Positions 10,523 to 19,027 of a stretch of 64,000 nucleotides of DNA are shown here, piece after piece. Positions within the stretch are counted from its first letter, which is position 1. Every line of letters begins with the position of its first letter. A program made the translations under genes and the position numbers. Under the pieces are notes generated by a model. The model worked only from the letters and a program-made list of their open reading frames with translations. It was not told the origin of the DNA and made no database searches. Origin of the DNA: a virus (lineage: Duplodnaviria; Caudoviricetes); the IMG/VR virus record IMGVR_UViG_3300010163_000019, positions 9,372-73,371 of that record. The stretch is one strand, 5' to 3'.

Positions 10523-10936
10523 ATGCAAGCAGTATATCCAGTTTTGTTTACAAAAACGGAAGAATGTATTTTGGTTGAAGTTCCTGATTTGAAGGTTTTA
10601 ACTGAAGGAAAAGATATGAAGAATGCTATTGATATGGCGAGAGATGCAATGGAGTTGACGTGTGTTACTCTGGAAGACCATAAAAAAGAAATTCCAACAC
10701 CATCTGATACATTGGATATTACAAAAGGAACTTTTTCGAAGGATGGAGAAACCATTTTGTCTTTTGTTGATATTGATTCAGGAGAATATAGAAGAAAAAT
10801 AGATACAAAAACAGTTAGAAGAAATGTGGCACTTCCGAGTTGGCTTAATTACGAAGCTGAACATGCTGGAATTAATGTTTCAAGAGTGTTGCAGGAAGCT
10901 TTGATGAATGTGTTGAATGTAAATAGAAACATATAG
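10523..10936 (+). CDS. hicB: HicB antitoxin
   Basis: YPVLF..VEVPDL..TEG..NAIDMARDA; C-terminal RHH RRNVALPSWL..GINVSRVLQEAL. Confidence 0.9.
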   Translation: MQAVYPVLFTKTEECILVEVPDLKVLTEGKDMKNAIDMARDAMELTCVTLEDHKKEIPTPSDTLDITKGTFSKDGETILSFVDIDSGEYRRKIDTKTVRRNVALPSWLNYEAEHAGINVSRVLQEALMNVLNVNRNI

Positions 10937-10940
10937 TGTA

Positions 10941-10975
10941 TGATTGATGGATTGGTTTTACCAGTCCATCAGTTA
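10941..10975 (+). terminator. Hairpin after hicB
   Basis: TGATTGATGGATTGG / CCAGTCCATCAGTTA stem; no clear U tract. Confidence 0.5.
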
Positions 10976-11017
10976 TATAATAAATACTTGATTTCAAAGA
11001 GAAAAGGAGATTAACTT

Positions 11018-11329
11018 ATGGGAAAGAAATTTAAAAAGACAAAAAAAACTAAGAAGTCTGTGTTTTATGAAAATGATGATTATACAGTAAAGATAACAGA
11101 AAGTGGGTATGGATATAAAAAGAATGATATGTTTAAACCATGGTATAATGATGAAAAAGAAGAAGGAGAGTATTTTTTTGCACCGATGGATAAAATGACA
11201 GTTAAAAGTAAGAAAACAGGAAAGAAATCTACGAAAAGGGTTTACCAGGGAAATCCGATATATGATTTAGAAAACGATTTAGATAGTAAATCTATGTTTG
11301 GTGATATGTTTAATAAGATAGATAAATAA
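11018..11329 (+). CDS. Hypothetical protein
   Basis: 103 aa ORF with RBS. Confidence 0.7.
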   Translation: MGKKFKKTKKTKKSVFYENDDYTVKITESGYGYKKNDMFKPWYNDEKEEGEYFFAPMDKMTVKSKKTGKKSTKRVYQGNPIYDLENDLDSKSMFGDMFNKIDK

Positions 11330-11375
11330 ATATGGGAAATGAAATCCGGTTTTCATGTGGAAAAGGTGATAAACA

Positions 11376-11771
11376 ATGGGAGAAGTAGTAAGTTTTGATA
11401 GTCCATATTGGAAAGGTTTTTATCTTCCTGATGGAAAGCAAAGATGGCTATATACCGATGAAGAGTCTGCTATAAAATTAAAGGATAAAGATTTTTTCAA
11501 TAAGGATACTATTGGAATTATCATTTATAAAGGTTATGAGACAGAGGAAAATAAGACTGAGCCGATATCTGATCTGATACACTACATAAGTATTGACTAT
11601 AAGATTGCGAATTATTTTGGTGATACAAGTGGAATGCATTTCAGAAGTAAAAGGTATGTAATAATTGATAATAAGATATATCAGCAGCTTAAATTTGGAG
11701 AAGTGAAGGAAGTGAAACGGATCACAAAGGAATTAAAAGGTGCTTTGAGTGAAATAAAATCGAAGGAATAG
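11376..11771 (+). CDS. Hypothetical protein
   Basis: 131 aa ORF with RBS. Confidence 0.7.
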   Translation: MGEVVSFDSPYWKGFYLPDGKQRWLYTDEESAIKLKDKDFFNKDTIGIIIYKGYETEENKTEPISDLIHYISIDYKIANYFGDTSGMHFRSKRYVIIDNKIYQQLKFGEVKEVKRITKELKGALSEIKSKE

Positions 11772-11803
11772 AATGTGTTTGAAAATACATAGGGAGAAAT
11801 TTT

Positions 11804-12453
11804 ATGGGAATGCGAGAGCGGCGCGATCAAGATGGAAATTTAAAAGGTTATCATAATATGATATTTGATAATATACCAGATGATTATCAAATACAAAAAG
11901 TAATATTAGAAGATAAAGTGTATGATTTGTCATATATTGGTGTAATGAAACACTTGAGAAACATAAAAGCAGGAGAAGAATTTGCAGATAACAGTTTCTA
12001 TTCGTCAGAAGTTTTATCACATATGGCTTTAGATTACCTAAATTCAGCCCGATTTCTTTATCAAGGAATCGTAGCAGATAGAGGACAAGATTTAGTGACA
12101 TATTATTTTATTCCATGTGCATTTCTTTGTAAACACTCAATAGAATTAAAATTAAAAGAATGTTTATTAAGTAAGGAGTTCATGAGTTAAAAGGTCATAG
12201 TGTATTAGGAATCTGGAATGATCTTAATGAAGATCAAATACCTCATGGAACCAAGTTGAAATTGTTTTTATCTGAAGTAGAAAAAATAGATAATAATGAA
12301 ATGGCATTGAGATATGGAATTAGTAAAGGATTAGCTCCTTTACAAGAAAACTTTAAATTTGATATAGATAATTTGATTTCAAATACAATGTTTTTATTTA
12401 ATGTTGTAGACGAATATATAATTTGCAAATATAGGTATAATAGAGGAGAATGA
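11804..12453 (+). pseudogene. HEPN-domain protein split by a frameshift near 12175-12187
   Basis: Frame 1 ends FLCKHSIELKLK; the -1 frame continues ELKGHSVLGIW...D...LRYG, completing a HEPN-type motif series. Confidence 0.65.
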
Positions 12454-12510
12454 GATTTAGCAATAGAATGTTGCTTTTAAGTCATAAATATCAGACAAGC
12501 ATCATATAAT

Positions 12511-12553
12511 AAAAGTGTACACTATTGACATTGTGTACACTTTTTGCTATGAT
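12511..12553 (+). promoter_or_regulatory. Promoter with overlapping 12-bp inverted-repeat operator
   Basis: TTGACA(12525)-17 bp-TATGAT(12548); AAAAGTGTACAC (12511) / GTGTACACTTTT (12533). Confidence 0.8.
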
Positions 12554-12578
12554 GGAGGTATCAAAGGAGATGATAGAA

Positions 12579-13004
12579 ATGTTGATGGAACAGGCTACAA
12601 CTGTGAGAAAAGAGTGGAGTTCAGTTTGCGATAGCGTTATTCATGAAAAACCAAAGTTTATAAAGCGTATAAGAGACAAAATGTGGTTTTCTAATTTGGA
12701 AACAATATCTGAGCTTTTGGAAATATACTATTTTTCTGCCACAAAATTTATTGAAGATGATAATTCTGTTACATTGTCTCTTAATGAAATTGATCTTGTA
12801 GAAAATGGTAAAGACGAGCAAGAAGCACGTTTAAATATGGGTAAAGCTATATTGGAATATGCTGTGGATTATTATAATGAATACGAGACGTATTCTCGCA
12901 GCATCAATAGAAAGAAACATATCCCTTATATTTTTAAAGCATTGATTATAGATAATCCAGAAAAGATAGGAGATATGTTACAATGCCAAGATGGAAAGAA
13001 CTAA
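12579..13004 (+). CDS. Antitoxin, Phd-like N-terminus plus HicB-like fold
   Basis: TLSLNEIDLVENGKDEQEARLNMGKAILEYAVDYY resembles HicB-fold antitoxins; upstream of a HicA-like gene. Confidence 0.6.
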   Translation: MLMEQATTVRKEWSSVCDSVIHEKPKFIKRIRDKMWFSNLETISELLEIYYFSATKFIEDDNSVTLSLNEIDLVENGKDEQEARLNMGKAILEYAVDYYNEYETYSRSINRKKHIPYIFKALIIDNPEKIGDMLQCQDGKN

Positions 13005-13201
13005 AGAGATTTTGTGATAGGGATGGGTGGGAGTTGTATAAAGATACAGATCATTATTTCTATCGGAAAATAGATGATGATGGCAATATCAGATTAACGA
13101 AAGTTTCAAAAGGTTCAGGAGAAATTCGCCCTCATATGTGGAGGGAAATATTAAAGAAACAATTACAAGTTACGCAGGAATATTTTAACAGTAGAATATA
13201 A
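12983..13201 (+). CDS. HicA-like toxin
   Basis: WKELKRFCDRDGW...DHYFYRK...TKVSKGSGEI...ILKKQL. Confidence 0.7.
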   Translation: MPRWKELKRFCDRDGWELYKDTDHYFYRKIDDDGNIRLTKVSKGSGEIRPHMWREILKKQLQVTQEYFNSRI

Positions 13202-13261
13202 TTATACTTAAAAAGTAGAAGTTTTATTTGGAGAAGTGTAAGTATTTTATGTGATATCGAA

Positions 13262-13582
13262 ATGAATGTTCAGTTTTATGATGATCTAATGAGCACAGAA
13301 GGACTTATGAGTATTAACACAATGGCAAAAGAACTTGGAATCGGGGAGTATAAGCTGTTTGCTTTTCTTAGAAAGAAAAAAGTATTTTTCTATGATAAGG
13401 ATATGGTCAATGTGCCTTATGAGCGATTTCGGAAAGAAGGCACATTTGCTGTTAAGGAAACACTATGTTATGATGGAAATTTTCGTAGTGTTACATATGG
13501 AACGAAAATGGGACTTGATTATGTAAGAAAGTTGCTAAGAAAGAGTGGGTATTATGATAATCCTATATCAGATATAAATTAA
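13262..13582 (+). CDS. Phage antirepressor KilAC (ANT) domain protein
   Basis: FYDDL...SINTMAKELGIG..KLFAFLR...PY..F..G.F motif series. Confidence 0.8.
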   Translation: MNVQFYDDLMSTEGLMSINTMAKELGIGEYKLFAFLRKKKVFFYDKDMVNVPYERFRKEGTFAVKETLCYDGNFRSVTYGTKMGLDYVRKLLRKSGYYDNPISDIN

Positions 13583-13659
13583 GGATGCAAGTGGTCGATA
13601 ATCTTTTCAATTATTGAGTATAAAATTGAATTGTTACAAACGAATTGTTTTATAATATA

Positions 13660-13693
13660 AAAGCGATACTTATTGAGATGGGTATCGCTTTTG
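13660..13693 (+). terminator. Rho-independent terminator
   Basis: AAAGCGATAC / GTATCGCTTT stem followed by T tract. Confidence 0.65.
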
Positions 13694-14213
13694 TCAAATT
13701 GCAGTAAATTATGAAAAAATGACGGTTATTTTTTTGTTAGTTTCTAACGAAATTTATTTAAAACATAAGATATGAAAACATGAGGGTAGATTATACGCAT
13801 TGCAGTGTGGTAAAATCAAATTACATATAAAAGAAAATTTAGAATTTGAAATAAGGCTACCGCAATTTTACTGGCTTTAGACGATAGATAGTTTACTAAA
13901 GAAAAATGGTTTTATTTGATACGAATAGAGGGTTTTTAATAATTTATTCAGCGATGTATATTGACAATATAATATTAAGTATTGAAAGTGTGATTTATAA
14001 GTATTTTTTGGAAGTATTAAATGATATTACTTAAAAGTATCACTTTTTCTATCTATAAAATTTATCTCAATGTCACAATCTAGTGCATCACATAATTTTC
14101 TTAACTTGTCAAGCGTGATATTAGTTTGTGAAAATACACTGCTAATAGCTCTAGGAGAGCAGATTCGAGTGATTAGTCATCAGAGAATTAAAAAGAAGAT
14201 CGGACAGTGACAG

Positions 14214-14525
14214 ATGAATTTGAGAAAAAAGAAATTCGACGAATATATTATGCAATATGTAGAAATGACAGTAGAGGAAGCGAAAAAGTGTTGTAAAAAG
14301 AATGCAAAAGTGTTAGTAGCTATACAAGATTTAGCAGAGAAAAACGTTGATATTATGTTTGTTCCAAAGAGAAGAAATGAGTATGAAAAACTTTTTGAAG
14401 ATGTGAAAACGGTTGCTGGTATATGTGATGAATTTATAAACCAATTAAATCTTTTTACTGAAAAACAAGATATAAGGAATATAAGACCCTATGGAAAACA
14501 AAAAAAAGTTTTATTACGAGAGTAG
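14214..14525 (+). CDS. Hypothetical protein
   Basis: 103 aa ORF, weak RBS. Confidence 0.55.
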   Translation: MNLRKKKFDEYIMQYVEMTVEEAKKCCKKNAKVLVAIQDLAEKNVDIMFVPKRRNEYEKLFEDVKTVAGICDEFINQLNLFTEKQDIRNIRPYGKQKKVLLRE

Positions 14526-14577
14526 ATTGTATTTCTAAAAATGAAACAAATATTCCGAACAGATATACGTAAATAAG

Positions 14578-14606
14578 TTGACAAATACAATCACATGTTC
14601 TATACT
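14578..14606 (+). promoter_or_regulatory. Sigma70-type promoter heading the ParB-cluster operon
   Basis: TTGACA-17 bp-TATACT. Confidence 0.75.
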
Positions 14607-14624
14607 TGTATTCATCAGTAACAA

Positions 14625-14790
14625 TTAAATAAAAAAGACCTATCCAATCATACAAACGGTGCGGCAACACCTCTGATGGGCAGGTCTTTACATACACACG
14701 CAGAATGCGCTTATATTATTATTACATATTTAACAATATTAATCAAGTAATTTCAAAAAAGTTAATATTTCAAGCGATTCTGCAAAATAT
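14625..14790. ncRNA. Structured leader / candidate antisense RNA
   Basis: AAAGACCT..AGGTCTTT hairpin with nested GGTG-CGGCAA-CACC; GCAGAATGCGCTT..AAGCGATTCTGC long hairpin; possible minus-strand promoter TTGATT-17-AATAAT. Confidence 0.45.
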
Positions 14791-14826
14791 TCAAATTGAA
14801 AAGAGAATAATTAAATATGGAAATAT

Positions 14827-14899
14827 GGATTTATAGCTCGGTTTGGTAGTAGCAACTGATTTTATCAGCATGTCTTGGGTTCGATTCCCAATAAATCCA
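14827..14899 (+). tRNA. tRNA-like element with a 5-nt anticodon loop (pseudo-tRNA, identity unassignable)
   Basis: Acceptor GGATTTA/TAAATCC, D arm GCTCGGTTTGGTAGTAGC, T arm TTGGG-TTCGATT-CCCAA, anticodon arm ACTGA-TTTTA-TCAGC; no encoded CCA. Confidence 0.7.
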
Positions 14900-14976
14900 T
14901 TGGATTAGTGTATATTTTGTGCACTGTATTTTTTATACCCTTTTACAAGTGGTTCATCACAGGAGGAATGGTAATT

Positions 14977-16071
14977 ATGGAAAAGCGTAATCAAAGTTAC
15001 AACATTGAAGATCTAATTGAGAAAATGGAGAAAAAGAAATTGACATTCGATTATCCCATCCAGCGTGAAGACGGACAGTGGGACAAATCGCAGAAAGCAT
15101 TATTGATAGATACTGTGCTAAACGGTTTTTTGATTCCTCATGTATATATTATTAAAGAGGGTACAGAGGATTTTTCGCCTATGTCAGTGCTTGATGGCAA
15201 ACAGCGTCTTACAACCTTATATGAGTTTGTAAATGATAAATTTGCATTGCCTAAAGATATGGATGATGTTGTGATAACAGATGTGACATTTGATGAAAAT
15301 AAAAATCCTATAAAAGAAGAAAAAATATATAAGGTTGCCGGAAAGAAATTTTCCAAGTTGGATATAGAACTTCAGAAGATTTTTAATAAATATAAGATTG
15401 ATGTGGTTTTGCTTGCAGGATTTACAGATGAACAGATTGAAGATCAGTTTTATCGTTTGAATAATGGCTGTACATTTACAAAATCACAAAAGGCAAATGT
15501 CAAATTGGGAACAGAACTTGCAGGCAAAATTAAAGAGATTGAGGAGTGTGATTTCTTTGAAAATAGAGCAGTGTTTACGAATATACAAAGAAAACGTGGC
15601 GAAATTACAAGCTGTATCTTACAGACAATGATGCTGCTATCAAATTTCGACTATAAAAATTTTGGTGCAAATGAAGTATTGAGATTTGCAGAAGAATTGA
15701 ATGATAATCCTGATTATGAGCTGGTAGAGAAGACGAAAGATTTATATGATAAATTATTCTGTATTCTTCCTAGCTATGATAAGGAAATGGACAAAAATCT
15801 TAAAAAAATACATATACCAGTAATTGTAAAGAATCTTGATTATACTAATGAATTAGAAGAACTGATTACAGACAAAGAGTATGAAGCATTTTTATTGGAT
15901 TGGTTTACGGCGGGTATGGTTTGTAGCAATTATATTGATTATTGTGGACAGGGATCTACTGGTAAAGCAAAGGTTGAAGGAAGAATTTCTTCTATGAAAG
16001 AATCTTTAAAAGTATTTATAGAAAATTTAAGTAGCGGAGGAAGTAGAAATGAGTATGGAAAAGCAGTTTAA
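14977..16071 (+). CDS. DUF262 (ParB/Srx-fold, GmrSD N-terminal-like) protein
   Basis: FDYPIQRE..QW, LIDTVLNG, VLDGKQRLTT, RLNNG. Confidence 0.8.
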   Translation: MEKRNQSYNIEDLIEKMEKKKLTFDYPIQREDGQWDKSQKALLIDTVLNGFLIPHVYIIKEGTEDFSPMSVLDGKQRLTTLYEFVNDKFALPKDMDDVVITDVTFDENKNPIKEEKIYKVAGKKFSKLDIELQKIFNKYKIDVVLLAGFTDEQIEDQFYRLNNGCTFTKSQKANVKLGTELAGKIKEIEECDFFENRAVFTNIQRKRGEITSCILQTMMLLSNFDYKNFGANEVLRFAEELNDNPDYELVEKTKDLYDKLFCILPSYDKEMDKNLKKIHIPVIVKNLDYTNELEELITDKEYEAFLLDWFTAGMVCSNYIDYCGQGSTGKAKVEGRISSMKESLKVFIENLSSGGSRNEYGKAV

Positions 16072-17137
16072 GATATTTCAAATTTCTGAATTGAAACCAC
16101 ATCCGAGAAACCAAACAATTTATGGTGATGAAGAGTCAGATGACACCTTTTCAGAATTAGTGCAGTTAATAAGAAAGCATGGGTTAAGGACAAAAATTAT
16201 TGTGAATGAAAATGGAACTATTATTTCTGGACATCGGCGATTTCGAGCTTTACAGAAACTTGAATATTCTGAAACAGAGTGTGAAGTACGTCATTATGAT
16301 AATGACATGGAAGAACTTAGAGACTTGGTTGTCTGCAATTCTGGTCGTAGACAGAAAACAAGAGTTCAACAGCTTAGAGAGGGTGAGGCTATTTATGAAG
16401 TAGAGTCTTGGAAGGCTAGCATACGACAAAAAGCTGTCTTGAATAACAGTCTCGTTACGGAACAGAGTTCCTTAACGAGAGAAGACGAAAAAGGTGAAAC
16501 CCGCGATATTGTAGCTAAAATTATCAATTGGGGATCTGGTGCTAAAAGTTCTGGAAAGGACTATAGTCTTGGCAGATCAGCTTTGAAAGAATCGGATAGA
16601 CTGCGTAAGGAAGGCAATACAGATTTAGCGGATATTATTGTAACACAAATTAATAAACGTGGTGCACACGCTGCATATGATTTAGCTTTTAAAGTGGATA
16701 TTGACAAATTAAATGATGTGACAATGGCAGGTCTTAGGTCTGGTCAGATTAGTGGAAGAGCTAATACACTGCCGCTTAAACCAGAATATGATAAATCTCC
16801 TAAAAGGGAAGATGATACAAAAAAAGTAATCACTACTTTTACTAAAAACGAGAATACCATAATAACAAGAGCAGATTTAGAAGAGACAGTACAAGAATAT
16901 AATGCTCAAAGTCGTGGTGAAATTGAAATAACAATCCCACAAATGGAAAAAGGTTATGTCAGTAAAACGATTGAAAGTGCAATGAGAGATTTCAAAAATA
17001 AGGTTGCACAATGTATGACTCATCAAAGAGAAATTATAAATCTTAGTGATGAAGAAAAAGCAAGACTCAATAAAATTATGACAAAGTTTATTGAGGATTT
17101 TGAAAAAGATAAAAAATATATCACAGGAGGAATGTAA
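16049..17137 (+). CDS. ParB N-terminal domain protein
   Basis: ISELKPHPRN..IY, IIVNENGTIISGHRRFRAL. Confidence 0.8.
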   Translation: MSMEKQFKIFQISELKPHPRNQTIYGDEESDDTFSELVQLIRKHGLRTKIIVNENGTIISGHRRFRALQKLEYSETECEVRHYDNDMEELRDLVVCNSGRRQKTRVQQLREGEAIYEVESWKASIRQKAVLNNSLVTEQSSLTREDEKGETRDIVAKIINWGSGAKSSGKDYSLGRSALKESDRLRKEGNTDLADIIVTQINKRGAHAAYDLAFKVDIDKLNDVTMAGLRSGQISGRANTLPLKPEYDKSPKREDDTKKVITTFTKNENTIITRADLEETVQEYNAQSRGEIEITIPQMEKGYVSKTIESAMRDFKNKVAQCMTHQREIINLSDEEKARLNKIMTKFIEDFEKDKKYITGGM

Positions 17138-17138
17138 A

Positions 17139-18035
17139 ATGTTAGAAATGTTCAACAGAAAAAATGAATCAGTTTGTAAGAGAGAAAATGAGGACGAAAC
17201 ATTAATTGTCCTATATGATTTGGGATACGATACAGGCATGTATTCTCATATCAAAGTACAATTAGGCCTGATAGATGTAAGAACTGTGAAAAGTGCAGTT
17301 TCCGACGAAGATGGCGGATATCAAAGAATTTTAAAATCTCATAGAATTATAGATATTACAAGTGATTTTCATTGGGCAAAATTCAATCCTATTACAATAT
17401 CTATTAGACAAAATGGTGAAAGATATAATGTTGATGGACAGGCAAGGGTATCAAGTGTTAGAACTTTATATCGCAAGGGAGAAATTTCAACGCCTATGGT
17501 TCCTTGTCTGATTTTAACCAACACAAGCGTTGAAGATGAAGCAATGTTGTTTGGGACTCAGGATGATGGGAAAACACAGCTTAAAGAAAGTCAGAGAATA
17601 AAAAGTAAATATATTGGAAAGGATAAGAAGATTTGTGATTTATCTGATACCTTAGAGGAATGTGGAATTGGATTGTTTAGAGATATACAAGCACGCAAGA
17701 CAATTCAGGAAATCTATAAGAATATTGATAAGGATATCTTTATTAGATTTTGTAAAGTTATTAGTAAGTCTTGGCTGAATGGAACTAAGGCACAAAGAAA
17801 AAATGCCACATGCGCAGATATTTTAACAGGAATTTCAGTATTTTATCAAAAATATGCTGATGTTATTGATGATAAAAATCTAGTAAGCAAATTATCAATG
17901 ACTACCCCAGATGCAGTTCGTGAACTATTTGATAATTACAAAAACAAGCTTGATCCTGATAGAAAATATTTGAAAACATTTACTGAAATTTATAATAAAA
18001 GTAGACGTACTAATAACAGGATTGATTACATATAA
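17139..18035 (+). CDS. ParB/Srx-fold protein (DUF6551-like), paralog of 8040-8963
   Basis: YNVDGQARV and EDEAMLFGTQ vs DGQHRL and KQEAALFGCQ in the paralog. Confidence 0.65.
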   Translation: MLEMFNRKNESVCKRENEDETLIVLYDLGYDTGMYSHIKVQLGLIDVRTVKSAVSDEDGGYQRILKSHRIIDITSDFHWAKFNPITISIRQNGERYNVDGQARVSSVRTLYRKGEISTPMVPCLILTNTSVEDEAMLFGTQDDGKTQLKESQRIKSKYIGKDKKICDLSDTLEECGIGLFRDIQARKTIQEIYKNIDKDIFIRFCKVISKSWLNGTKAQRKNATCADILTGISVFYQKYADVIDDKNLVSKLSMTTPDAVRELFDNYKNKLDPDRKYLKTFTEIYNKSRRTNNRIDYI

Positions 18036-18056
18036 AATCTATTCCGTTTTGTATAG

Positions 18057-18094
18057 GGCATATGTGATTGAAATATGTCATATATGCCTTTTTT
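18057..18094 (+). terminator. Rho-independent terminator
   Basis: GGCATATGTGA..TCATATATGCC stem plus TTTTTT. Confidence 0.7.
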
Positions 18095-18125
18095 GTACCC
18101 ATTTTTAGGAAAGGAGAATGAAAAT

Positions 18126-18769
18126 ATGTTTATTTTAACAGATGGGAAAAATTATATTATGGAGAATCCTGTAAAACAGGGGGTTTATATTAGCACAGTT
18201 TCACCAACTATGGCAAAAAATTTACTTACAAACAGGCAAGAACAGTATTAAATGACAGAAGCAAAAAGAATGCGTGGATTAAGACATACTACATGGTAGA
18301 TGAAGGTACAGGAAAAGTTGCTGAGACATCAGCAAATTATAAGGGGAATGCTGGAATCTATATTGGACAAAACGATATTAAGTTTGATGAATCTATTGTT
18401 ACGAAAATATATGAGGAGACAAAAACAATTACTGGACTTGCAGGTTGGAGTATGGCACAGCTTAAAGCGTATAAGGAACAACTTAATATTGGATTATCAA
18501 AGTATGATTCAGCAGTATCGGATATTGAACATGCTCTTCAAAAATATAAAGAAGTTAATAAAGGCAAGAATCCACAAGCTCATAAAGCTGCAAAAATTGG
18601 TTATCTTTTAGGAGAGATAAGAGATAAGCACGAGAATATTAAACAGTGTATAGATTACATACAGGTATTTGAAAATGCAATTACATATAACTATACAATA
18701 GAGAAGATTAAATTAGAACTTGAAAAAGCAAAACATGCATCTTATCAAGGTCGGACAGAGTATTATTAG
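18126..18769 (+). pseudogene. Hypothetical gene split by a -1 frameshift at 18215-18224
   Basis: ATG 18126 with AAGGAG RBS stops at 18251; the -1 frame is open from the A6 run (AKKFTYKQARTVL...) into ORF 18293-18769. Confidence 0.65.
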
Positions 18770-18791
18770 ATTGCGTTAGAAATATTGGATT

Positions 18792-19004
18792 GTGGAGGGG
18801 AAAAGAATGTGGTGTAAAAAATGTAATATCATAATGAGCATTTCAGGGACTTCGTATCATAAAAAAGAGAATAGAAATGATAAGGGATATAAAAGATATG
18901 ATGAGTGTCCAAGCTGTCATTATAGAAAGTATAATAATGGATTAAATTTTCAAGAAATAATGAATAAGGAAATTCAGAAAAGCAGAAGAAGACAACATAC
19001 ATAA
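18792..19004 (+). CDS. Small zinc-ribbon protein
   Basis: CKKC...CPSC. Confidence 0.65.
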   Translation: MEGKRMWCKKCNIIMSISGTSYHKKENRNDKGYKRYDECPSCHYRKYNNGLNFQEIMNKEIQKSRRRQHT

Positions 19005-19027
19005 AAAATAGACAAAATAAGGCGGTT

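Noticed and set aside
13930-14050. Repeated AAGTAT words in the AT-rich gap as an operator array or origin
   Set aside because: Too short and irregular to distinguish from AT-rich background
14455-14697. Minus-strand 80-aa ORF
   Set aside because: Runs through a terminator-like hairpin and the + promoter; region better explained as regulatory RNA
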